Assembly: GCA_002343395.1 (NCBI GenBank)
Contig: DDSN01000143.1
Coordinates: 2,873-66,872, forward strand
DNA from: Hyphomonadaceae bacterium UBA2389
GTDB lineage: Bacteria > Pseudomonadota > Alphaproteobacteria > Caulobacterales > Aquidulcibacteraceae
Length of the DNA stretch: 64,000 nt
Direction: 5' to 3'
Numbering within the stretch: the first letter of the stretch is position 1; every line of letters begins with the position of its first letter. A program made the position numbers and the translations under genes. Of this stretch, positions 30,757 through 40,505 are shown in pieces. The notes beneath the pieces are model-generated. The model was not told the origin of the DNA and did not search any database. It worked only from the letters and a program-made list of their open reading frames with translations.

Positions 30757-31229
30757 GGCGCGGGCTCCGCTTGTTGCTCTTGGGCCGGCTGTTGCTGAGC
30801 GAAGCTGGCGAATAAGGTCAGCAGGTCCACTGAACTTTGAGTATACAAAATTTCTCCGCCTGCCGGCAGCGGCGATGCGCCCGCTGGCTCGATCGCCACG
30901 TAGGCGCCGCCAAGCAAGCCATCGTTTGAAACACGCGCGGTGGACTCGTCGAGAACCTCAACACCGCGGTTAATCGCGAATGTGAGCCTGGCCATGTACG
31001 TCTGCGGATCAAGTGTGACGCTGCGCACAACGCCGACCTTTACGCCAGAGACGCGCACATCCGCGCCCACATCGATACCGTCGACGCGCTGAAAACGCGC
31101 CGAAAGCTCATATCCGCCGCCGCCGCCAGAGCCCTGACCCGCTTGGGCAGCGGCGAAAGCGAAAAAACCGATCGCGACAACTGCGACGATGGCGCCAAGC
31201 ACGGTTTCACCCCAGCGTTCAACGCTCAC
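30753..31229 (-). CDS. mlaD: MCE-domain outer-membrane lipid asymmetry protein
   Basis: TM, GIDVGADVRVSGVKVG, DGLLGGAYVAIEP, TQSSVDL; GTG 31229 overlaps the upstream TGA. Confidence 0.88.
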   Translation of the reverse strand: MSVERWGETVLGAIVAVVAIGFFAFAAAQAGQGSGGGGGYELSARFQRVDGIDVGADVRVSGVKVGVVRSVTLDPQTYMARLTFAINRGVEVLDESTARVSNDGLLGGAYVAIEPAGASPLPAGGEILYTQSSVDLLTLFASFAQQQPAQEQQAEPAP

Positions 31230-31642
31230 GAGGTCTTCTCCGTCGACGCACTTGGCTGCCAAGCCTCATAATCTGACGATGAAGACGCTCGCTTGCCTCC
31301 TCGGGCGAGCGACCCCTTAGGCCGGTAGGCATGCACGGTGCCGGTCATATTCGGCTGGTGCTCGAGCTCCCACTTTTGCCGTCGGAGAGGCTCGACGGTG
31401 GGCGGCGCGTCGACGATATGATGCATCCAAGCGTGCCAATCCGGGGGGACCCGCGACGCCTCTGCCAACCCCTTGTAAACGACGTACCGACGCTTCCGTC
31501 CCTCGATACTGGCGCGTCTTTCCTCAAAGTAGCGGTTCCCCTGACCGTCCTCGCCAACGAAGGCGCCGCGCCGACCTATGTCGAACAAGGCGCCGAGCGT
31601 CGCGCCGTTCCACCAGGTAAAAATGCGTGTGAGGATGAGCAA
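31226..31642 (-). CDS. NADH:ubiquinone oxidoreductase subunit NDUFA12 (17.2 kDa) family
   Basis: FTWWNGAT, VGED..GNRY, EASRVPPDWHAWMHH, PNMTGT, YEAWQP. Confidence 0.93.
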   Translation of the reverse strand: MLILTRIFTWWNGATLGALFDIGRRGAFVGEDGQGNRYFEERRASIEGRKRRYVVYKGLAEASRVPPDWHAWMHHIVDAPPTVEPLRRQKWELEHQPNMTGTVHAYRPKGSLARGGKRASSSSDYEAWQPSASTEKTS

Positions 31643-31740
31643 TTCGGCCTCCGGGCACCACAGCGCGCCGAGCTAAGAGTCGGCCGTGGCGGCGGCGCGA
31701 ATATGGCGAAGGGCGTATTTCCCGTCCAGTGCAGTCGCGA

Positions 31741-31787
31741 AACAATATCTTGGGATAACTTGCGCCCGTTACCCCCAAGATATTGAT
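31741..31787. promoter_or_regulatory. Tandem NrdR-box-like operators
   Basis: CAATATCTTGGG (31743-31754) and its exact reverse complement CCCAAGATATTG (31774-31785); cores resemble the NrdR consensus acaCwAtATaTwGtg, 33 bp apart, upstream of an nrdJ homolog. Confidence 0.7.
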
Positions 31788-31838
31788 GCCATGCACGATG
31801 GCGGATAAGTTTAGCTATCTGCTTGGAGAGGCGAGCCG

Positions 31839-34568
31839 ATGGCGAGAACCGTTGAAGATACGTTTGACGACGCGGTCGTCCTAAGCCCGCCCGGCTGGAC
31901 AGCCGCCATGAGCCAAGCGGCGCGCGAAGCGGGGTTTCTGTTGGAGACAGACGCCGGACCGAGCGTCACTGCGGCGCTTGAACGTGTCTGCAAAACAATC
32001 GGGACTTGGACGGGCGACGAAGGGGTCGCCGAGCAGGCGCAGAGCCTGCTGTGCCAAGGGCAAGCGATGTTCGATGGTCCGACCCTGCATGCAGCGCTCT
32101 CTGGCGCCGACCAAGCTCCATGCAGCGTCGCCTTGATGCCATGGCATCGCGGGCCAGGATCCGAACGCGCATCGATTTCGCGCGCGCAGCGCCTGGTTGA
32201 GAAAGGGGCATACGTCGGCGTGATCGGCGCGCCATCACAGGATGCGCTCGACCTCCTGGATGCAGCTGCACGCCTATCGCCAAGCGCTCATGCAACTATC
32301 CTCGTCAAGCCCGACGCCGACTTGGCGCACGCTGTCCTAGGTGAAGAGACGGCGCGCGCACGGGCGGGCGTTGCACTTGTCGCCGGCGCCCGGGCAATTG
32401 ACGCCGCGCTCGCCGAGTTGACGATCGAAGCGGTGCGTGCCGGGATGAACCTCGAGCATGGGGGCGTGCGCAGGAAGGCCGCCGCTGCGCGTCTGGCGGG
32501 CGCGCCTGATGCCGAGATTTTGAACGCACTTTCGGGAACTGTTTCGCGCGGCGCCTACAGCGCGGCGCTGGACGCCGGGGCCGACCCTACTCGCCGCCGC
32601 GTGCGAATAGCAGCGAAAGACCCATCCGAGCACATGACGTTCTCGTTTGCCGATGGGGCCGTGGACCCCACAGGCGCGCTATCCGCAGGCGGCGCCTGCG
32701 AAGCCTTTGGCGGGAGCGTCGCGCTACCGCGGTTCGTCGACAAACACTTTGACGGCGCCCGCTTCGAGGCCTGCGTGCGCACCCTCGTGCGCGCGCTCAC
32801 GACAAGCGAAACGCCGCACAACACGATCGTCATTCGGCTTATTGGATTGCCGCAGACGCTCCTCCGGCTTGGGTTCGCCTACGATAGCGACGAGGCGCGC
32901 GCTTTCGCAGGCGGTGTCGCCGCCCTCGCTCACGCGACTGCGCTATCAGAAAGCATCTTACTTGCGGGCGAGGATTGCGTCCGCGTCGATACTGGCGCGG
33001 AACGCGAAGCAGCAGCCAACCTCAGTGATGAAAACGGTAGGCGCGCGATGACGCTCTATCGCGCAATGCCTAAAGGACGGGCGACCATGGCTGCGCCGAT
33101 TAGCGTCGCCTTCGCATGCGAAGCAGCCAGCGCGAGCCTGCTCGGGCTGAACCAAACAAATCTCGGCCGTGCACCGACAATGGTCGGATTTGGGGTGCGC
33201 GAGGACGGCAGTTTTGGGCGAGTGATTGGCGACGATGCCACGCAAGCGCTGCGCCGCCTCGGGTATGACGACTCTACGATCGATCGCATTCGCCAACACG
33301 CAGAGGGTCATCGCACTCTCCGCGGCGCGCCAGGCGTGAGTCTCGAACGGCTCGAGAAGCTTGGCTTCACGGAGCCCGCCCTGCTCGCGATCGATGAAGC
33401 CTTGGCTGACGCCTTTTCTCTCCGCGCAGCGATACACCCGCTTGTGGTTGGACAAGAGTTTTGCACCGACGTGCTGAAACTCCCCCTCGACGTCGCCCTG
33501 GGAAAACGCGGCGATCTCTTAATGACGCTGGGCTTCACCGAGGGCGAGATCGCCGCAGCTGAAGCATATTGTTTGGGCAACGCTGATCTAGCCAGCACCC
33601 CTGGACTGCAACCTGAGCATCGTCCGGTTTTTGCGACCTCTTCGGATATCAAACCTGAAGCGCACATTTCGATGGCGCGCGCTGTGCGACCATTTGCACG
33701 AACTGCGATCGAACTTACTCTGACTGCCGAGACCTTTGCGCGCCGGGAAGCCCTGCTCGCGGCTGCGCGCGACATCGGGGTCGCGTTGGTCACCGTCTCG
33801 GTTGAAGCGCCAACGCTGAAGTCGGCGCTCTCGTTCCTCGATGACGATCTAGAGCAACCCGCGCCTAGCGCCTCACACTCAACCACTGTCCAGGAAGCGC
33901 GCCGCGTCGAGCGGCGGCGCTTGCCCGAACGACGCAAGGGCTACATTCAAAAATCAACCGTGGGCGGACATAAGGTCTATCTCCACACAGGCGAGTACGA
34001 TGATGGCGAACTTGGCGAAATTTTCATTGACCTTCACAAGGAAGGCGCCGCGTTCCGCTCTCTGATGAACAACTTTGCGATCTCAATCTCCATCGGCCTT
34101 CAATATGGCGTGCCGCTGGAAGAGTACTGCGACGCCTTTCTGTTTACCCGTTTCGAACCAGCGGGCGAGGTCAAGGGCAACGAGACCATCCGGCACGCGA
34201 CCTCCATTCTCGACTACATCTTCCGCGAGTTGGCGGTCAGCTACCTTGGGCGAACCGATCTGGCGCAGGTTGACCCCTACGATGCTCGTGGCGACGGCCT
34301 TTCAAAGCGCGCCGTCGACGCCGAAAGCGCGGTCCGCCTCATCTCGAGGGGATTCTCGCGCGGTGCGGCGCCTGACAATCTGGTTGTCCTGCGACCGAAG
34401 ACCGCCGCCGAGTCCGCTCTCGAGCGACGCGAAACATCCGGCGTCCCCAAACGCTCCGGCGGACCCGCCTATCGTGGCGAGCCGTGCAGTGCGTGCGGCC
34501 ATTTCACCGTGCAGGAAAGCGGCATTTGCGACGCCTGCGGCGCGAAAGGTCAAGCAAAGGGCGGCTGA
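31839..34568 (+). CDS. Degenerate class II (B12-type) ribonucleotide reductase homolog with conserved TSCPD and C-terminal 4-Cys module
   Basis: C-terminus [86 protein letters not shown] is NrdJ-typical; relic [10 protein letters not shown]; no NPCxE; usual nrdJ position opposite NDUFA12. Confidence 0.8.
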   Translation: MARTVEDTFDDAVVLSPPGWTAAMSQAAREAGFLLETDAGPSVTAALERVCKTIGTWTGDEGVAEQAQSLLCQGQAMFDGPTLHAALSGADQAPCSVALMPWHRGPGSERASISRAQRLVEKGAYVGVIGAPSQDALDLLDAAARLSPSAHATILVKPDADLAHAVLGEETARARAGVALVAGARAIDAALAELTIEAVRAGMNLEHGGVRRKAAAARLAGAPDAEILNALSGTVSRGAYSAALDAGADPTRRRVRIAAKDPSEHMTFSFADGAVDPTGALSAGGACEAFGGSVALPRFVDKHFDGARFEACVRTLVRALTTSETPHNTIVIRLIGLPQTLLRLGFAYDSDEARAFAGGVAALAHATALSESILLAGEDCVRVDTGAEREAAANLSDENGRRAMTLYRAMPKGRATMAAPISVAFACEAASASLLGLNQTNLGRAPTMVGFGVREDGSFGRVIGDDATQALRRLGYDDSTIDRIRQHAEGHRTLRGAPGVSLERLEKLGFTEPALLAIDEALADAFSLRAAIHPLVVGQEFCTDVLKLPLDVALGKRGDLLMTLGFTEGEIAAAEAYCLGNADLASTPGLQPEHRPVFATSSDIKPEAHISMARAVRPFARTAIELTLTAETFARREALLAAARDIGVALVTVSVEAPTLKSALSFLDDDLEQPAPSASHSTTVQEARRVERRRLPERRKGYIQKSTVGGHKVYLHTGEYDDGELGEIFIDLHKEGAAFRSLMNNFAISISIGLQYGVPLEEYCDAFLFTRFEPAGEVKGNETIRHATSILDYIFRELAVSYLGRTDLAQVDPYDARGDGLSKRAVDAESAVRLISRGFSRGAAPDNLVVLRPKTAAESALERRETSGVPKRSGGPAYRGEPCSACGHFTVQESGICDACGAKGQAKGG

Positions 34569-34606
34569 AGCTTGAGCTCAAGCAGGCGCCTAGCTAAAAC
34601 CCTGCA

Positions 34607-34858
34607 ATGAGCGACACCCCTCCAGACCGGCTCGCGGTCGATCCAGACAGCCCTTATTACGACGAAGCGATCTTGGCTCGCGGTGTCGGCGTACGATTCA
34701 ACGGCAACGAGAAAAACAACGTCGAGGAATACTGCGTCAGCGAAGGCTGGGTGCGACTCGCGGTAGGAAAAACCTTGGACCGGCGAGGCAAGCAGCTCAC
34801 GATCAAATACACTGGCAAGGTAGAGCCCTACTTCCAGAACGCCGATGCTGCTAGCTGA
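34607..34858 (+). CDS. DUF3297 family protein
   Basis: PPDRLAVDPDSPYY, GVRFNG.EK.NVEEYCVSEGWVR, GKVEPYF. Confidence 0.85.
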   Translation: MSDTPPDRLAVDPDSPYYDEAILARGVGVRFNGNEKNNVEEYCVSEGWVRLAVGKTLDRRGKQLTIKYTGKVEPYFQNADAAS

Positions 34859-36002
34859 CCTCTTCCACGGCGATTTTCCCATTCCTTAAGCTAAGCGCGA
34901 GCTTTCCGCGCTTTAGTTTCAACGCGCGCTCGCCAAACACATCGCGTCGCCATCCCTTGAGAGCGGGCACATCCGCATCGTCGTCGGCGGCGATTGCTTC
35001 CACCTCTGCCGCGGAGGCGATGAGGCGCGGCGCCACATTGTGCTCGTCCGCCTCATACCGCAGCAGCACCTTAAGCAGCTCAACCGTAGGGCCCAGTCCC
35101 GCGGGAGCGGGCGGCGCGCGCTCGTGCTTGTACACTGGACGATTGGGATCCGCGAACGCGCGGTCCAGCGCCTGCAGCAGCTCCTGCGCTGAGCGCGAGT
35201 TGCCAAAGCCGCGCGGTACGGCGCGCATGCGATCGAAGTCCGCTGCGTTTTTCGGCTTGTGTTCTGCGATTTCGTAAAGCGCATCGTCCTTGACGACGCG
35301 CCCCCGCGGCACATCGCGCGCTTGCGCTTGTCGTTCTCGCCATGCAGCCGCCACCTGCAGCGCGAGCACATAATCGGGCGTTGTTTTGCGCAACTTCAAA
35401 CGCAGCCACGCGTTTTCGGGCGTCGTATCGTAAACATCAGGATCGAGCAGCGCCGCGTGCTCCTCGTCAAGCCACGACAACCGTCCTGATTTGTCCAGCT
35501 TGTCGCGCAAACGCGGATAGGCGTCGCGCAAATGCGTTACGTCCGCCAACGCGTAAGATAATTGATTGTCTGACAGCGGTCGGCGGGCCCAATCTGTGAA
35601 GCGCGAAGATTTGTCCAAACGGCGCTTCAGCACCTGCTGAACCAGGGCGTCATACGCGACTGTGTCTCCGTAGCCGCACGCCATTGCCGCGATTTGCGTG
35701 TCAAAGACCGGAGCCGGCAGCGCCCCGCCAATCTTGAGAAATATCTCCAAGTCTTGCCGCGCAGCATGAAAAACCTTCAGCACGCGCTGATCGCTCAGGA
35801 AGCGTACGAAGGGGGAGAGGTCAAGACCCGCAGCCAGGGGGTCGATAATCGCCTCGACGCCCGGCGCCGCCGCCTGGATAAGGCAAAGCCTGGGCCAAAA
35901 CGTCGTCTCGCGCATGAATTCCGTATCGACCGCCGCGAACGGCTGTTCCGCCATCGCGCCGCACAGGTCTTCCAGCGCCGCTGTCTCAGTGATCACCCTC
36001 AT
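34851..36002 (-). CDS. rnd: Ribonuclease D
   Basis: AVDTEFMRETTFWP.LCLIQ, KVFHAARQDLE, FDTQIAA, TDWARRPL, HRDC domain. Confidence 0.96.
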   Translation of the reverse strand: MRVITETAALEDLCGAMAEQPFAAVDTEFMRETTFWPRLCLIQAAAPGVEAIIDPLAAGLDLSPFVRFLSDQRVLKVFHAARQDLEIFLKIGGALPAPVFDTQIAAMACGYGDTVAYDALVQQVLKRRLDKSSRFTDWARRPLSDNQLSYALADVTHLRDAYPRLRDKLDKSGRLSWLDEEHAALLDPDVYDTTPENAWLRLKLRKTTPDYVLALQVAAAWRERQAQARDVPRGRVVKDDALYEIAEHKPKNAADFDRMRAVPRGFGNSRSAQELLQALDRAFADPNRPVYKHERAPPAPAGLGPTVELLKVLLRYEADEHNVAPRLIASAAEVEAIAADDDADVPALKGWRRDVFGERALKLKRGKLALSLRNGKIAVEEVS

Positions 36003-36059
36003 CTCGGCTTTGGTTGGGGTGCGCCGAAAGCTGGGTCAAGGGGCGTAAGCTCCGTCAGA

Positions 36060-36986
36060 TCAGCTCGACGGCTCAAATCCCGCCCTTAGAGCCCCCCCAG
36101 ACACGAGAGATTCCAGATGAGCGGCGTCGTGGGCGGGAACAATCGCCACGTCAGGCTCCTCAACCGCCAAGTCGTGTAGCGCGCGGATCTGGCGAAGCAC
36201 GGCATCCCTGTTGGGGTCGACACCCGGAACCAACATCCCCACCAGCCGGGGCCGCCCACGCAAATGTTCGATGCTGGACATCTGCCACGCAATGTCCCCG
36301 ACAAAGAGATACTCGCGGCTCGTCGTCCGCACAAAGATCACAATTGACCCCGGTGAGTGTCCGGGGGCGGCGTGTGCGACAATCCCCGGCGCGATGCGGG
36401 TTGGCGTCGCGAAATCCGCTGCCGCCACGGCCGCGATCTCGGGCGCCAGCGCCCCGTCGACTGCATAGGTTGGCAGAGCGGCGAGTTGAGGCGCCGTAAG
36501 GCGTAGATGCGGCGCGATCAGGGCTGGGGCAGGATGGCGTGCAACCGCCATGACATGATCCAGGTGCTCGTGCGTGATCAAGATGTCGTTCGCCCGCTGC
36601 ATCACGGCCAGCAAGCGCGCGTAGGCTTCTCGGTCAAAGTGCCCTTTGCCGCCCGACATCCCCTGCAGCGTCGCCTCGTCAACCGCCGCGTCGATAACAA
36701 CGTCTCCAGAGGGCCCGACCACGTCAAACGCCGGAAACGCAAAGGCGCGCACGCCATCAAAGGCGCCGGCTTCAGCGGCGAAGCTCGGCGCTTCATTCTC
36801 GCCAATCACCTCAACCTGCACCTCTGTCGGCAGGGTCGCCTGGGCATCATCCGAGACCAATGCGCGATAGGCGGCGAGCTCGAACACGCCATCCGCCCGC
36901 GTCGGCGCGGCGCCGTCGAGTACAAAATACCAAGCCGCGCCGGCAAGCGCCGCCAACGCTACTGCCAGTCCGATCAGCCACTTCAT
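36060..36986 (-). CDS. Membrane-anchored metallo-beta-lactamase-fold hydrolase
   Basis: N-terminal TM (MKWLIGLAVAL), THEHLDH, GHSPG, GD, PAHD; ATG 36986. Confidence 0.85.
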   Translation of the reverse strand: MKWLIGLAVALAALAGAAWYFVLDGAAPTRADGVFELAAYRALVSDDAQATLPTEVQVEVIGENEAPSFAAEAGAFDGVRAFAFPAFDVVGPSGDVVIDAAVDEATLQGMSGGKGHFDREAYARLLAVMQRANDILITHEHLDHVMAVARHPAPALIAPHLRLTAPQLAALPTYAVDGALAPEIAAVAAADFATPTRIAPGIVAHAAPGHSPGSIVIFVRTTSREYLFVGDIAWQMSSIEHLRGRPRLVGMLVPGVDPNRDAVLRQIRALHDLAVEEPDVAIVPAHDAAHLESLVSGGALRAGFEPSS

Positions 36987-37199
36987 GTTTGCGTCCCCCG
37001 ATCCTGATCCCGGCAGCAGCCCTCGTGAGGTGAAACCATCGAGCGGCAAGCAGCCGCTCGCAGTATGCAGGCGCGGGTCAAGCCAGAGAAGGGCCTGAGA
37101 CGGCATCGTCGTGGGTCGGACCCGCTACCGGCGACAAGCCCCGCCTTGACAACCCCGGCGCGCCCGTGCGCTACCCCGCGCTTCAGTTTGGAGCCCGAA

Positions 37200-38990
37200 A
37201 TGCACGCTTATCGCACCCACACCTGTGGGCAGCTTCGCCCCGCCGACGCCGGCTCGTCCGTGCGCCTGTCCGGCTGGGTGCACAGGAAGCGCGACTTGGG
37301 CGGGGTTCTGTTCGTCGATCTGCGCGACCATTACGGAATCGTCCAGCTGGTGGCGAACCCAGACTCCTCGGCGTTCCCATTGTTTGAACGGCTGCGCGCT
37401 GAAAGCGTGGTGCGCGTCGACGGGCGAGTGGTGGAGCGTTCAAAGGAAACAGTGAACCCCGAATTACCGACAGGCGGGATCGAAATTCGCGTGGACGCCG
37501 CCGAAGTACTTGGCGCAGCGGAAGAGCTGCCGCTGCCGGTGTTCGGCGAGCCAGACTATCCCGAGGACATCCGTCTCAAGTACCGCTTCCTGGATTTGCG
37601 GCGCGAGAAGCTGCACCGCTCGATCCTGCTGCGTTCGCAAGTGATCGCATCGCTGCGCCGGCGCATGATTGATCAGGGGTTCACCGAGTTTCAGACGCCT
37701 ATCCTCACAGCCTCCAGCCCCGAAGGCGCGCGCGACTTTTTGGTCCCATCGCGCCTTCATCCCGGCAAGTTCTACGCGCTGCCCCAGGCGCCGCAACAAT
37801 TCAAGCAGCTCTTGATGGTGGCGGGCTTCGACAAGTACTTTCAGATCGCGCCGTGCTTCCGCGACGAGGACGCGCGCGCCGACCGTTCGCCCGGTGAATT
37901 CTACCAGCTCGACTTCGAGATGAGCTTCGTCACGCAAGAAGACGTGTTCAACGCCATCGAGCCGGTGCTCGCCGGCGTGTTTGACGAGTTCGGCCAAGGC
38001 AAGCGGGTGACGAAAGCGGGTTCGTTCCCGCGCATCCCATATGCGGAGGCGATCGCGAAATATGGCTCCGACAAGCCTGATTTGCGCAACCCGCTGGTGC
38101 TGGCGGACGTGAGCGAGCATTTCCGAGGCGGCGGCTTTGGCGTTTTCGCGAAGATTCTCGAAAAACCGAACACGGCCGTGTGGGCGATCCCCGCACCGTC
38201 AGGCGGCTCGCGCGCCTTCTGCGACAAGATGAATTCTTGGGCGCAGGGCGAAGGCCAACCCGGCTTGGGTTACATTTTCTGGCGCGACGGCGAAGATGGC
38301 GGCGCCGGCCCCATCGCCAAGAACATCGGGCCAGACCGCGCCAACGCCGTCCGCGATCAGCTTGGCTTGAAGGTCGGCGACGCAGCCTTCTTCGTCGCCG
38401 GCGATCCCTCTGTGTTTTACAAGTTCGCCGGGCTCGCGCGGAACAAGGTCGCCGACGAACTGAATCTGTCAGACAAGGACCAGTTCGCGTTCTGCTGGAT
38501 CGTCGATTTCCCGATGTACGAGTGGAGCGAGGAAGAGAAGAAGATCGACTTCTCGCACAACCCATTCTCGATGCCGAACTACGATCACGAGGCATTCCTT
38601 GAGCTCGATCCGAAAGATCGCGCAACCGTCGAGAAGATTACCGCGTTTCAGTACGACATCGTCTGCAATGGCGTCGAACTTTCGTCAGGCGCGATCCGCA
38701 ACCACAAGCCCGAAATCATGATCAAGGCCTTCGAGATCGCCGGTTATGGTCGCGAGGTGGTGGAAGAAAAGTTCGGTGGCATGCTCAACGCGTTTCGCTA
38801 CGGCGCGCCGCCGCACGGGGGCTCGGCGCCAGGCGTGGACCGCATTGTTATGCTCTTGGCGGGCGTGGAAAACATCCGCGAAGTGATCGTCTTCCCGTTC
38901 AATCAGCAGGCCCAGGACCTGATGATGAACGCGCCCGGCGAGGTGACGCCCAAGCAGCTCAAGGAGCTGCACATCCGGGTGATCGAGTAG
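37200..38990 (+). CDS. aspS: Aspartate--tRNA ligase
   Basis: [46 protein letters not shown]; ATG 37200. Confidence 0.97.
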   Translation: MHAYRTHTCGQLRPADAGSSVRLSGWVHRKRDLGGVLFVDLRDHYGIVQLVANPDSSAFPLFERLRAESVVRVDGRVVERSKETVNPELPTGGIEIRVDAAEVLGAAEELPLPVFGEPDYPEDIRLKYRFLDLRREKLHRSILLRSQVIASLRRRMIDQGFTEFQTPILTASSPEGARDFLVPSRLHPGKFYALPQAPQQFKQLLMVAGFDKYFQIAPCFRDEDARADRSPGEFYQLDFEMSFVTQEDVFNAIEPVLAGVFDEFGQGKRVTKAGSFPRIPYAEAIAKYGSDKPDLRNPLVLADVSEHFRGGGFGVFAKILEKPNTAVWAIPAPSGGSRAFCDKMNSWAQGEGQPGLGYIFWRDGEDGGAGPIAKNIGPDRANAVRDQLGLKVGDAAFFVAGDPSVFYKFAGLARNKVADELNLSDKDQFAFCWIVDFPMYEWSEEEKKIDFSHNPFSMPNYDHEAFLELDPKDRATVEKITAFQYDIVCNGVELSSGAIRNHKPEIMIKAFEIAGYGREVVEEKFGGMLNAFRYGAPPHGGSAPGVDRIVMLLAGVENIREVIVFPFNQQAQDLMMNAPGEVTPKQLKELHIRVIE

Positions 38991-38999
38991 AACAGCGCC

Positions 39000-40490
39000 T
39001 CAACAGACCTTCGTCTGTGCGCTGAGCCCCAACGCGGCTGCCGCATGGTCAAGGCGCCGGAGCACGGTGTCGGTCACCAGATGCGCGGCGCCCGCGCCGT
39101 AGCGTAGCACGAGCGCGTCGCCTTCCACGCCAATCTTGAACGCGCCCAGCAAGCTTTCATTGCGGCCCGACAAATCCGCGCCAAGCCTTAGCGCGGCGCC
39201 CAAGGCCGCGGCGGCGGCTTGGCGCTCTTCGCTGAGCAGCCGCACATACCCATTCGCGTGGCGCGGCTGCGACTTCGTATATCGGTGGTGGATCGCGGCC
39301 GCCAGAAAGGCGCGTTCGGCGTGGGAGATGGCCGCGAGCGGAGCGCGCAGCACCAGGTCGAACATCACCTCAAGCCGTTGATCGGGATGGAGGGGTCCGC
39401 CGACATCGGCGAGCCGCGCGGCCGCGCCGCGCAGCAACCGGTAGCGCTTACCCGGGAATACCGGCTCGGCTCGGGCGAACATCGGTTCGATCCAAGCCTC
39501 CAGCGCCGGGCCAAACCCACGCGCGCGCGACCAGCGCCCAGCCAAAGCTTCCGCCGCCGCGATCAGAGGATCGATCTTGAGAACCTCTGGCCCCATGCGC
39601 TCCAGCAATACGCCCTCGCGTAAGCCAAAAGCCGAGAGCACCACGCGCTCGAACCTGCCCGCGAGCATGACCTGTTCGAGCACAACCGCCGCATACGGCA
39701 GCGTCTCCGCGCGCTTGGCGGCTGCTTCCTCGAGCTTCTCCAGCGACCGTTTGCTTTGCTTGCGCACAACATCGACGACCTTCAACACCTCGGCGCGCGT
39801 CATTTCATGATGATGCAGAACGCCAAGCGGATGGTTGCGCAAAGCGATGTCAATACGCCCAATGGCCCGCCAAGCGCCGCCCACGGCGTAGAAGTCGTTC
39901 ATTCGCGCCTTCAACACCGAAGACTGCTTCAGGCAGCGCGCCACTTCGGCGCTCACACGATCATAATCGAACTCGCCTCGCGCCAACGCGAGCGGCCCAA
40001 GCTGAAACGTTTCGCCGAGATCCTCTCCGGCGCCGATAGCGATCAGCTCAAGACTCGATCCGCCAAGATCGCCAACAACTCCCTCCGCGTCCGGCGCGCC
40101 AGCGCTCACGCCCAGCGCCGATAGCCGTGCTTCGTCCGCGCCCGAGAGCACGCGCAGGACAAGACCTGTTTCCGCAAGAACCCGCTCCGCGAACGCAACG
40201 CCATCGTGTGCTTCCCGTACAGCCGCGGTCGCGACCGGGAACACACTCCGGACGCCCTTCGCTTCCAGCAGCGCGGCAAATCTCTTGAGCGCTTTGATCG
40301 CGGAAGCAACGCCTTCCGGCGACAGCGAGCCGGTTCGCGCCAGATTCCGACCGAGCCCGGCCATGACCTTTTCATTCAAGGTCGGGGTCATCGCACGCCC
40401 ATCGATCTGATAAACGACGAGACGCACAGAATTGGAGCCGACGTCGATGACGGCGGCATCCCCCGAATCACTGATATGAGGCGCGCTCAT
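39000..40490 (-). CDS. ppx: Ppx/GppA exopolyphosphatase
   Basis: IDVGSNSVRL, ATAAVREA, DLGGSSLE, GLREG; follows ppk. Confidence 0.92.
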   Translation of the reverse strand: MSAPHISDSGDAAVIDVGSNSVRLVVYQIDGRAMTPTLNEKVMAGLGRNLARTGSLSPEGVASAIKALKRFAALLEAKGVRSVFPVATAAVREAHDGVAFAERVLAETGLVLRVLSGADEARLSALGVSAGAPDAEGVVGDLGGSSLELIAIGAGEDLGETFQLGPLALARGEFDYDRVSAEVARCLKQSSVLKARMNDFYAVGGAWRAIGRIDIALRNHPLGVLHHHEMTRAEVLKVVDVVRKQSKRSLEKLEEAAAKRAETLPYAAVVLEQVMLAGRFERVVLSAFGLREGVLLERMGPEVLKIDPLIAAAEALAGRWSRARGFGPALEAWIEPMFARAEPVFPGKRYRLLRGAAARLADVGGPLHPDQRLEVMFDLVLRAPLAAISHAERAFLAAAIHHRYTKSQPRHANGYVRLLSEERQAAAAALGAALRLGADLSGRNESLLGAFKIGVEGDALVLRYGAGAAHLVTDTVLRRLDHAAAALGLSAQTKVC

Positions 40491-40505
40491 TCGCCCTGCT
40501 TAGCG

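Noticed and set aside
31839-34568. Calling the NrdJ homolog either a functional B12-dependent RNR or a pseudogene
   Set aside because: Radical motif not found, so function is unsupported; frame, RBS, C-terminal domain and operators are intact, so pseudogene is unsupported too
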